From positions 682,001 through 746,000 of the forward strand of contig JAMWBK010000007.1 in assembly GCA_029953675.1 (NCBI GenBank): DNA of 64,000 nt, given 5' to 3'. Source of the stretch: Rhodosorus marinus CCMP1338. Lineage: Eukaryota > Plantae > Rhodophyta. The position numbers and the translations under genes were made by a program. Under the pieces are notes generated by a model, which was not told the DNA's origin, did no database searches, and worked only from the letters and a program-made list of their open reading frames with translations. Of this stretch, positions 46,373 through 57,459 are shown one piece after another (positions within the stretch are counted from its first letter, which is position 1; the number at the start of each line of letters is the position of its first letter).

Positions 46373-47095
46373 TCAAGACCCTTGGACTCTCTAAGGACTA
46401 CACGCTGCCGGGCTGTCACATCCTATGCGCTTCACTCACGGATTCAGTCTTCCAGTCCCACCCCTGCCCCTTAAAAATTCCAAAATACAAAGCAATATTA
46501 GATATTCTAAAGAACAGTTTTTGTGCAGAGGTTCAATCGATAGTTCATTGGCCAATTAGCTGAAGTATATCCAATTAAATCAGCCAGCTCAAAAGAGCTT
46601 ATCAATCATTGGTGAAAGATTTCGTATTAAAGCCAATCATCGTACTGAATGGAGTCGGGTAGAAAACAACGAATGAATTAGATACACCTGTCGCTAAATA
46701 CCAATGGAGGTAAAGTATGGAATTGTCAGGAAAAGATGGCGAATCTAAGCACTGTATCTGTTTGTTTGGAAGAATTTTTGAGAATGTCAGGGTTTGGACA
46801 TGTTGTGGGGTTTTTTGAGGTGTCTGCTCTAATGTGATGTGGGAGGGATAGCTGAAGGATCAGGAGAGTGGATGGAGACCCTGTCCACTAGTTCGGAAAA
46901 ATTGAATGACTTTTATTAAGAATATAACATAAAGGTTTCATTTACCTGCTCCTTTTCTGATTCAAATCTTTGCTGATTTGCTTTCCCCGCCCGCTTGACA
47001 ATAGGAGCCTCGCTCGCACTGCTCAGTTGTGTGTGTCTTTGTGCCTCAGTCCCTGTGGGGTCGAGTCCTTGCGGTTTGATTTTGTGCCAGTTCGA

Positions 47096-47476
47096 TTAGA
47101 ATCCGCGCTCCTTGTCAACAACCATGAGACCAGGAAAGAGACATCTGTAGTTGAATACGTCGATAAAGTCTGGGGTCGGATCAGACTGGCATCTCATTAG
47201 CGCGGTCTCTGTTTCACGGACGACTGTGCGCGCGCGCTTGTTCTTCTTCTTCTTCGCCTGTTTTTTTTTCATTTTCCTTATCAATCCACGAAGTTTCACC
47301 TCGTCAGACCCTGTCCGCGCTGCCCTATCCCCATCGTCTCCTCTTCCTTTCTTCCACCTGATCCCACAGGCGTTGCAAAGAGACTTGGAGCCCTTCGGAC
47401 CACAACGCCACATGGGCGTTTTACTAGTGCCACAGTGCACACATCTGCGTTCATCCTCCATTTCCAGTGCTACCAT
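47096..47476 (-). CDS. GATA-type zinc-finger transcription factor
   Basis: [30 protein letters not shown] (Cx2Cx18Cx2C) followed by a Lys-rich NLS-like stretch; the 3' end may be spliced. Confidence 0.85.
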   Translation of the reverse strand: MVALEMEDERRCVHCGTSKTPMWRCGPKGSKSLCNACGIRWKKGRGDDGDRAARTGSDEVKLRGLIRKMKKKQAKKKKNKRARTVVRETETALMRCQSDPTPDFIDVFNYRCLFPGLMVVDKERGF

Positions 47477-49015
47477 ATTCCCAAGACAAACAACCTCCTA
47501 CATGTCTCAGAACTCCATCCACATCAATAAGAAATAAATTTAACGCACTAGACTATGCACTCAGATCCATACATCCCCGCTCACTCCTGAACTGCTTCTC
47601 AACCCCTCGCGACCCCCTGCTTCATTCACCAATTCCCCCAAAATACATATCTCACCAGCTGAGCCTCCATTAGTCCGAACCCCTCCCGTGCTATCAACAC
47701 ACTCAAAATTTTGCGACAATGACAAAGGTCACTGTCATCAATCGTTCAGCTCGTGGCTAACGACCTTCAGCTTGAGTCTCTGCTTCAACTTTGGCTCTCC
47801 GAGACTTGTGTCCTCTTCCAGTATAAGGACAAAGCTGATGTCCAGAACTTTTCGCCTCGGAGGATAGGCTCGAGCTTGCAAAGGGCTCCTCAGCAACCCC
47901 TCCTACCAGACATTCTAGGAAAATGACTGATCACAAATCTCCTGCTCCCCTTCGTATCTTGTTTCATAGTGTTTAGGAGGCGCTTCTTCTTCCAGCCCCA
48001 CTCATTTTGATGTGGAATCAAATTGACTGCTTGTTGGATTGAATGAGGGATTTGGGTGCTTGCAGTGAAGCTCTTGGTCCCCTAGCTCGGAGATTTGCAA
48101 CGCACCGAACTCGACAGCCGAGGAGAACAACTCATGACAGAGAAGCTTTCTGCCTCGTTCAGCAAGTCGTAACATCGAGGACGGCTTTGAGAGGTGTAGT
48201 GGAGGCAGTTCACTCTCTGTCGTGTTCACACAAATTCCACATACGAGAGGAAACATCAGGAGACGCGTTGAGGGCAACTTGAACGAGGTGAGCGGTCCCG
48301 TCGCGTAAAGAATTCCGGCGGCGGTTAGCCTGAAAGCTTAGCTGAAGAATGGCTTGGTCAGAAGACCGTAGGAGCTTTGCATCCGATTTTTTTCTATCAA
48401 ACAGTATAGAAGATTCGTCCTTGAGTACGAACGTCCATTTCACACTCCGCGCATGGCGTTCTCCGGACGAAACCAAAAAAAATCGCCCCAAAAAGCCAGC
48501 CAAGCGCGACGAGAGTATCTACTTCGCAACTAATCCGCTTACAGCATGTAGACCGCTACTAGTCCATAATTGGTTGAAATCTTCTGAAAACTGATTTATA
48601 TAACAATATACAATAATTTTATCCAATTAAGTATACGAAAAGCATTCATAGAATTATTAGTGAATACGATTGGATGGAGTACATAGTTAATTTTAAATTT
48701 TTGTTCATATAGACTGCTTCCCTATGTTCTAAAACATTAAAAATCAGCATGGCGAGATTCTCGCTGGTAACATTGGGTATTAAACATTCCTTTTTTGTGG
48801 CCTGAACACGTGCAGTTGCTTTTTTTTTTCAATTTGGTCCGGCCGTAACCACGAGTATCATCGGCCGTATCTCAATGGCCGAGCCGGTGGTATCGAAAGC
48901 GTCGATTTTGAGAAAATCGATCCTGACAATGGCTTAAGTACGGATTTTTTGGTTTTTGGGGTTTGGTTGTCGAGTTGGATGCAATTGAAGCAGTGGAAAG
49001 CTCGCATATAATTTC

Positions 49016-51716
49016 ATGATGATTCGTAGGGTTTTTAAAGTGGAAAGGAGCCTTTCAGGCAGGCGCTGGATGAGTGGGATTCTGGGAGAAAGTACTCTTC
49101 CTAAGATCTCTAATGAGAAGTGCCTCACTTATGCGCCTGGATCATCTGAGCGGAAGGTATGCGCTCTGCTCGCTTTCATAAGGGAATACGTGGATCCGAT
49201 AAGCTGGACTGACCGTGCTCTTGTCTGGATCTGTTCTGCACTTGTGAAAGAACGTGCGTGAGGAGTATGATGAGCAGGCCAGGCAATGCCCACACATTGC
49301 CTGCGTTGTCAATGGGAAAGATGTCCTCACTGGTACGACCATGGAGCAACTGATACCTCACAAGTAAGGTCGAATCGGCTGACGCAAATCAGTCACGTTG
49401 CCAGCCGAGTTGTAGAACCCTCACCCAAAATATATTGCCTCCCATTCACCAGTCACAAAAAGTCGATATGCACGTTTGAAGCACTCACCCCAAAGCTTGT
49501 AGAAGACGCAATAAACGGTAAGTTCTCTCGATGCGCAATTCCAGTTAGTCGTCTGAACACATCACATTGACCAGCGTCTCGGTACTTGACGACAAGGTGC
49601 TCTGAAGGCAAAAATGTCATGGGAGAACTTGCCCTTGGATGAAAGGGCTGCTGTGTTTCTGAAAGCTGCGGACCTGTTGGCTACCAAATACCGAGCGAAA
49701 ATTAATGCCTCCGTCATGCACGGACAGAGCAAGACTGTGTGGCAGGCGGAAATCGATGCTGCTGTTGAGACCATAGATTTTTGGCGGTTTGGTACGGGCA
49801 TGCTCAAAAGGTCAACTTCTTCCCACTCCGACAAGGTCTAAGCTCATCCATTCGCGATTCGCAGGTGCAAAGTTTGCAAAGAGCGTGTACCAAATCCAGC
49901 CCACTGAGAACGACTTCGGTGTCTGGAACCGTATGGAGTACCGACCGCTGGAAGGGTTTGTATCCGCGATCACCCCGTTCAATTTCTTAGCGATAGGCGC
50001 AAACCTACCGTCCACACCGGTTCTGATGGGCAACGTCGCGCTATGGAAACCTGCGGAGAATTCAGTTCACGGTAGGTGCCCTGCTCCATAGCTTGTGATC
50101 TTTTGATTGCGATAAATGGCCTAAGCAGCATCTATGATTTGTAGGAGCGAAGATCATCTACGACGTGTTGACAGAGGCTGGTCTTCCGGAAGGGGTGATA
50201 CAGTTTCTTCCTGGAGAGGTGAGAATTTGCCTCAGGGAGACGTGTCGAACAAGTCCGAGAACTGGAATGATGAAGATCCTGACTGTTCGTGTCTCTCCCT
50301 TAGGGCTTACCTTTTGCCCAGACGACTCTTCGGTCCCGGGACTTGGCCGCAGTACACTTTACTGGGTCCACCACTGTGTTCGATACTTTGTGGAATGAGG
50401 TTGGCAAGAACCTGTCCCACTACAAGACCTATCCTCGGCTGGTGGGAGAAACTGGTGGCAAAAATTTCCATGTGGTTCACGAGACTGCTGATGTTGAGCA
50501 CGTTGTAAACTCGACTATACGAGGAGCCTTTGAGTTCCAGGGGCAAAAGTGTTCGGCGACATCGAGAATGTACGTTCCGAAGAGCCTGTGGCCCAGAATA
50601 AGGGAAGGAATCGCTCAGAAGTTGCCAGAACTGAAGGTCGGCAGTCCAGGCGAATTTGATGCATTTATGGGGGCAGTGATCAATAGAAGGTAAATGCTGG
50701 ATAACATCCGAGTATAGTCAACCCGTAGATGATCGCTGACGGAATAGGTATCACTGGACTAGGGCCTTCGACCGAGTGAGCGGCTATATCAAGAGAGCGA
50801 AGGAGAGTCCTTCATGTCAGGTATTTCTGCCACTCTTTCCTTCTTGCTGCGACTAGTGCAGCGCTTGACCCGATTCACTGAGTTGCTCCGGATAACCTTT
50901 TTGTTTTCCGTGAATCGGTCCTACAGGTGGACGGGGGTGCATTTGATGACTCGAAAGGCTATTTCATTGAGCCAACAATGATCACAACCACTGATCCAAG
51001 CTATGAGTCCATGCGAGAGGAAATATTCGGTCCAGTGCTAACAGTATATGTCTACGAGGTATTTTTCATTCAAAATTCTCGGCAAATGCCGGAGCGCAGA
51101 CTATGGGGAGAGTTTTCCGGGGGATATGGTGGAATTCACGTTTGTGTCTCACTGCTGAGCGTAGCATGCCTCGGTTTGTGGAGACGGAGGAGCGAGGATT
51201 CTTCTCTGCACCTTCCCGAACAGATAACGCTCAAACCCAGGTTCCGTTCCCGGTCGAGATGCATGCGCTAATCATCGGGTGTTTGTGTTTGTTTCTTCAG
51301 GATGACAAGTTTGAGGAGACTCTGGAGCTGTGCGACAAGAGTACAGCCTATGCCCTCACTGGCGCTGTGTTCGCGCGGGACAGAGGAGTGATAAATCATG
51401 TTTTGAATAAGCTTCGACACACGGCAGGCAATATCTATATCAACGATAAGTAAGAAATAGACCTTCAATAATTCACAGTACTCTGACTTGAGGTATACAA
51501 GCAACTGATTAAGAACGCTCGACCTCATGTCGCCTGAATGTCAGGTCGACTGGATCGATCGTGGGGCAGCAACCATTCGGCGGAAGCAGAAAAAGTGGCA
51601 CAAACGACAAAAGCGGAAGCGCAAACTGTTACATGCGATTCTGCTCACCAAGAAGTATCAAGGAGAACTTTCTGCCTCTTGGGGATGTGTCTTACCCATC
51701 CATGGCTGCAGAATGA
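49016..51716 (+). CDS. ALDH4A1: Mitochondrial delta-1-pyrroline-5-carboxylate dehydrogenase (ALDH4/Put2), about 11 exons
   Basis: YRPLEGFV.AITPFNF, FTGST, GETGGKNF, catalytic FEFQGQKCSA, EEIFGPV, STGSIVGQQPFGGSRKSGTNDK; stop TGA at 51714-51716. Confidence 0.95.
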
Positions 51717-52201
51717 TTTGGTGAATGAGTCTTCTTGCCTTTGCACAGTGGATCTATCTAAGCGCCACGAGCTTGGGTCGAATGTGTAGGGGAAGCCATT
51801 CACGGATACAGGCGATGCCGCATCTTAGCCGAGGAGTGGACATCGCTTGAATCCCCGTATTGCTCGTTTCCAGCCAGTAATCGGGAGAGGAGGTCGGCAG
51901 AACGTGAGCATTCAGTTCTGACAGCGCTTCCTAGTTAGGTCGAGCATGTCCTGTGTTGATAGCTTTTTGAGCATTTGGTCATAACTCCGCAGAAAATACC
52001 ATGCCAAAAAAATGAAATGCTATAGTCCAATCTGGCCGATGGCCGAAGACATCTAGCCCCAGTTCTTACTTTTAGCTGAAGGCCAAGGAAGCCTCATCTA
52101 TAATTCCAAAGGGTGAAGACCTTTGCTCTATCGAGAAATGAAGCAAGCAGGCGGTGATAAGAAATATTTAAATAACACGATAAACCCGTTTTCCGGGGTG
52201 A

Positions 52202-52274
52202 GGGGGTGTAGCTCAATTGGTAGAGTGCGCGCTTAGCATGCGCGAGGTACCGGGATCGAAGCCCGGCATCTCCA
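52202..52274 (+). tRNA. tRNA-Ala(AGC)
   Basis: Cloverleaf with G3.U70 identity pair, anticodon loop TTAGCAT, eukaryotic Ala-type T-loop ATCGAAG, downstream T-run. Confidence 0.97.
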
Positions 52275-53149
52275 CTTTTTTCCCCTAAATGAGGAAATTG
52301 ACTGCTCCCAACAAATAAATTGAAAAACAAAACAGGATCCCACGATATTGAAAAAGCCGGAGGGCAATCAACTTACAGCGATTTATCGAAGAAAAACACA
52401 TACATAGCTTTATTTCTAAACCAGAAAACCAATATCAAAAGGCGGTTTTCAACGAGAAACGCAATACTCTCCAACCACCTCCCTATCCCCTCCCCCGCAC
52501 TTTCAAGAAGCTGCCATCCATGACTCCATATCGTATTTCATCCACCCAGTACCTTCTTCCAAGAATACACGCACAAATTCGAATTTAGGAAAACTTTGGG
52601 AACGCTGCGACGTTAGAATTTGTTATGGACCGCAGCGGAGGCTTTCCCCCCCTCTAAATAAACTACAATCACCTTGCTTCTCGCCCTGCCCTAATGCGAC
52701 TACTGTTTACACGGCTCCTTTGTCATTTCATAGTATATAGTGTTTCGTAAGCGAATCAGAAACTTGAAACATTTCACTGCAAAGCATCGGCCAATCCGTA
52801 CAACGAATACGCATTTATTTTTGATAATCAATTTTACGTCGATCAATGTAGCTATTTGCTCCTTTTTTTAATATTCCCAAATTCCAAAACTAAGGTTTAA
52901 GATTTTTACATATCACAGAAGAAAAACAAGAGCCTCCTTTTTTCTAATTCGCACAAGATCGTAGAAACGGCTAACCATTGTAGAAAACGAGATAATCAAT
53001 AATTAATATTGGATATAGCGATATAAAAACAGTATATACTTGTTAACTCGCCTTTTTTTTTTCTTTTCTTGCATGATAATGATTGATATTTTCATCGAAA
53101 ACGACAGGAGCGATAAAGCGGTGCTTTTTTCCTTGAGCGCGATATGGAT

Positions 53150-53470
53150 GTGTGTGGGAATAGGTGTGGTAACATTGGTTGTGTGTACTTGAACGAGTTT
53201 TTGGCCCGGACACTGTTGTCTGATCTTTCTCCTCTGGGAGAAGATGGCGGGTCAGGACGTTGGACGAACCCAGACCCTAAATCCTTGCGGTAGGTCAGAA
53301 CTGGAAGGGCGTCCTGACGCTGACCCGATGACGAGGAGAGAGTGGTTAACCAAAGGGAGTAGGTGTGGGGTATTCATTGGTGGTGTGTGCTGGAGGAGTT
53401 TTGGCCCGGACCCTGTTGTCTGCTCTTACTCGTCCCAGTGAAGAAGTCGGGCCAGGACGTTGGAGGTTCT
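53150..53470 (+). repeat. Two diverged copies, offset exactly 200 bp, of a segment containing a conserved 53-nt hairpin upstream of the SPX gene
   Basis: TGGCCCGGAC.CTGTTGTCTG...CGGG(T/C)CAGGACGTTGGA at 53202 and 53402. Confidence 0.8.
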
Positions 53471-53773
53471 TTTTCAATTTTTTTTTGTTTTTTTTTGTTC
53501 TCTCTCTCTTCAAATGTTACAGTAGAAAAAAGCTGTAAGGGACGTCGTTTTCTATTAATTTATTCTCTGATGGAAGCTTTTTTTTGGATGGATTAAAAGT
53601 GGGGTGGGTAACAGTGGCTGCTAATAGGATGTGTTGTCTTGGCCGACCGGTTATGTATGAGACGGGGCGGTGGGAGAGTTGGTTGAGGAAGGGTTGGGGA
53701 CTGGGAGGGTGGGAGAGGGGTGGTGTTGTGTGAGGGTAGGTATATTGGGGTATTGTTTTGGGGGCAGTAGAAG

Positions 53774-55007
53774 ATGAAGTTTGGAAAACAGTTGAAACAA
53801 ACTGTTCAGGATAGTCTACCTGAATGGAGACCGAACTTTCTAGACTATAAGGATTTGAAGAAGAAGATCAATGGGGAGGTTGCTGGTGAGCATGTGGAGG
53901 GGAATAGCGACTCCTCGGCGGAAGCTACTGCTAGGTCCAGCAGCGAACGTCCAAATACGCACAAGTTTCTCGAGGCACTGAGGACTGAAGTGGAGAAGGT
54001 TAACAACTTCTTCTTGGATATGGAGGAGGACTTTATCATTCGATTTCAGCTTTTGGGATCGAGGGTGGATGATCTTGTAAGTTGGCTTACATTCCATTGC
54101 GGTTTTACTTTCTTCATTCTCACACTCTCTCGTTTGTCCGGGGCACCTCTAGAAGAAGGAAGACTCTGTGGACCGACGTAAGGTACAGGATTTGTGCAGG
54201 AAGCTGATTGATTTTCAGGGCGAGCTGGTTCTGCTCGAGAATTTCTCGGTTATTAATTACACAGGATTCAGGAAAATTTTGAAGAAGCATGATAAAAAGA
54301 CTGGCCTCGATCTGCGGAATACGTTTCTTCTTGCAGTACTCGACACGCCATTCTTCCTATCAAATTCGTTGCGGAGACTGATGAACGAGGTAGAGAATAA
54401 GCTCCTGTCCTTGGATATGTATAGCAAGTTTCGGCGGACAAGCTCGTACAGACCACTTTCCGGGGGAGTGCGAGAATCCACCGTGCAGTACGGAATGCAA
54501 CCTGTTGTTAAACTGCTTGAAAATGGGGACGAGGCTTCAGCGTCAAAGCTGATGAGGCATTTGGATGGAGCATCTGTGGATAAAGTCCGCGTACACTGGA
54601 AGGCGATGAGAATGCAACACTCATCGCATGGACTTGTCTTGGATTCAACAGATGACCACTTCATAGGCATCGCGGTTGTCACGCCAGCGGAAAAGCTCCA
54701 GTTTCATGTGAAGGAGGGACAGACATTTGGCAAATGCCTGACAGGACAACTTCACCTTCGCCGGGCCAAGGATGAGAGTTCACCCGTCAGGGACGCTTCC
54801 GTTACTGGACCATGGCCGGCAATTCGCTTCCGCCAGGGTGAGTTTCACGAGTGGGAGAACAGATCAAATTTCAGTGCGCTGATTCTAATGGTGATGATTC
54901 CGGGTTTCCATGGAGACACAGACCAGTTCTCGTTCCCTACGGACGAGAACGGAACCATCAAAATCTCCCAGGACAAGAAAATCTTAACTCTATTTCCTGC
55001 TTTATAA
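53774..55007 (+). CDS. SPX-domain protein fused to a degenerate PCO/ADO-like cupin, 2 exons (53774-54076, 54153-55007)
   Basis: MKFGKQL, YKDLKK and KILKKHDK SPX ligand-binding clusters; C-terminal FIGIAVVTPAEKLQFHVKEGQTFGKCLTGQLHL...VRDASVTGPWP...GEFHEW...ALILMVMIPGF. Confidence 0.85.
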
Positions 55008-55365
55008 GAACTGACTGGCAAACGGCAATAGAATAGTAGAGCGCACGAGCCTAATAAAACACTAAATTAGGGATCACAGAATTGTTGAGAGTACTTCTGC
55101 ACAGGTATACAAAGTGCAGAAGCTCAAAGCGGTTATTCGCAACCCCAGCGACCGCCATGGAGATTGACCCGATCGCCTCCGGACAAATCTACAACCTTGT
55201 ACATAATTCAAAAGACGTAACAACACTGCGCTGGATGGTGAAGTCTGTGGTCAAGTACGACTTAGCCTCCCTTCCACACATCTGTTCTCATTCGGCAACG
55301 AAATTCCGAAACTTCCGCCCTGCACCACACCAAAAAAACTAAACTACCACCCAAAAAAAAATGGT

Positions 55366-55447
55366 CGTACTCTGTGAGATTCGAACTCACGCGGGATGAA
55401 CCCACTAACTTAGCAGGCTAGCGCCTTAACCACTCGGCCAAGAGTAC
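55366..55447 (-). tRNA. tRNA-Ser(GCT)
   Basis: GTACTCT/AGAGTAC acceptor stem, long variable arm, anticodon loop CTGCTAA, T-loop TTCGAAT, followed by a T-run terminator. Confidence 0.95.
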
Positions 55448-57459
55448 AACGGTTCAGTGTGGGAGAAATTATAAATTATTATGTAAGATTGTATGTAGCA
55501 CATTGTCCACGATACTCTAGCATTCAAAAATACACTGTATTTCTTGATTCTCTGTTATTGATTGATGCGATGACGTCTGAACTTGGTATGGGCGGCAATA
55601 CGACTGGGAAAGGGTCTAGAGAGTTTCACGGAATTTTTGGTAATATAGGTATTCAATGCCGGTGCCGATCACGTTGCGCGCTCCTCCACAAGGGGCGTCG
55701 GAAAATCCAAACTAAACGGTCGGCGCGAAAGGTTGTGGGTTCCATGGTAAGGAGCCGTTGTCACGCCTGTGTGCTACTCACTCAGCGGTTTTACGAATGC
55801 AGTCCAGTGAACAATTCTCAATCATTCCCTCAAGCGCCTACGTCTGGAAGAAAGATGTACGTCTCAACGGGCGTCTCGCGAAATTCGCCCTGGCAGGGCA
55901 GGGCGAGATCGACTTCCCGAGAATACAAAATAAGGAGCCGAGCACCGCGAGAGTTCTCCCCTGTCCCATCACACCACCAAAATCTACACACGCCCCTAAA
56001 GCATCGAAGCTTATGGAGGCCGGGGCGCAGTCAATCAACGAAAACAATCAAGGAAAAAGGAAAAAAACAAGGCGAGCAAAGGATACCATCAATCACAAGT
56101 CATCAATAAAAAGCACTTAACCCACACTTGGCTGCGCTACTCACGTCGTGAGCAAGTGTTGCCAAGCTCCTCCCCAGCGGAACGATCAGTATCCTACCCG
56201 TATCCGAACAGCATTGGTATCATCATGATACTTTTTTTCAGAGCCTATCTACCCTGAGGAGGCTAAAAGGAGCGATGATGACGCTTCCCAGTCTAACATT
56301 AAAGATGCTTTCTAGTGACATCGACATCCCGCTCCCGATCGCCTTCCGAAATCCCCCCCCTCCCCTGCCCCCCCGCCACTAGCACCACAAATTAGAGAAA
56401 TAAAGCTGCGAGTATCTCATTGCTAACCATAAGCTTTCCCTTGATATGCCGTCTTCTTACTTTTCTCGTTTTTGTAAATAATTTGATGCATTTAACCCTG
56501 GAATCCTGGAAACGAGGCACAAGCTTATCAAGACTGTTCTCCAATCATATACGAATAAATCCCAATATAGAAGCCCACACGCAACATCATTGGTCATAAA
56601 CAGTTCTATCCTTAATATTTTTACGTTATTTGGTTTTGTTTTGCCGTCAGCATGAGTCCCTGGCAGTGATTTGTAATAGAAATACATAGCACACACCTCC
56701 CTCCCGAACATTCATTGGCCCGTTCCAATGGTTGTTGTATGTCGTTGGTATGTCGACCAAGGAAGGTAACACTGGCCATGGATATAGGTAAAATTTTGCC
56801 CAAGGAAAATCAAACTACCAATCGCAATGTAATTGGTTCAAAAAGTAAATATTTTATAAATAAAAACCCTTTTTGTGATCGACTTTATCACCAATCTAAT
56901 ATCGTTTTTCAGTATTTTTCTAAATAGATTTGAAAGGGTGATTTCCGAGTTTCAAAAAAACAACAACACGGATGGTATTTTTTGATTGGAGGATTTTTCG
57001 TTGTACACTAGAAAAAAAGATGAAATAGCCGAACCTCAAAAGGATTATGTTTTGTAGTATTTATTTGATAGGTTTTACTATGTGTGAAAAACGAAGAGAT
57101 TTGTTTCCTTTTGAGACGATATGGTGCCGGACACCGAAAAATTATTACATTTTTGGGAACGGGCGGGAAACATTAGATGATCGATGAGTCCTTGGGTTTC
57201 TTGGCCCATTTCAGAGGGGGTCGGGGCGAGTGAGGCTATATAAGCATTAGGTGGATGAGAAGATCTTCGGAGAGGGAGGTGGGTTTTGGGGAGAGAGGTG
57301 ATGGTAAGGTCTGTTTGACTGTATATGAGGTGTTGTAGTACACTGTAGAAGAGGGAGTTCTTTTTTTGGATGGTTTCAATTTTTCGCTTGTTTTTGTTGG
57401 AATTGTTTTGGTATTTTTCTGGAGGAGGGGGGCGAAGGAAGGGAGAGGGGGTCAGAGCT

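Noticed and set aside
47700-48503. MAGFLG-starting ORF with downstream protein-like frames
   Set aside because: Stops interrupt every splice model tried; unresolved.
55459-56120. ORFs of 216 and 120 aa; IPSSAY...NGR resembling a retroelement integrase
   Set aside because: Match too weak; no RT, RNase H or LTRs.
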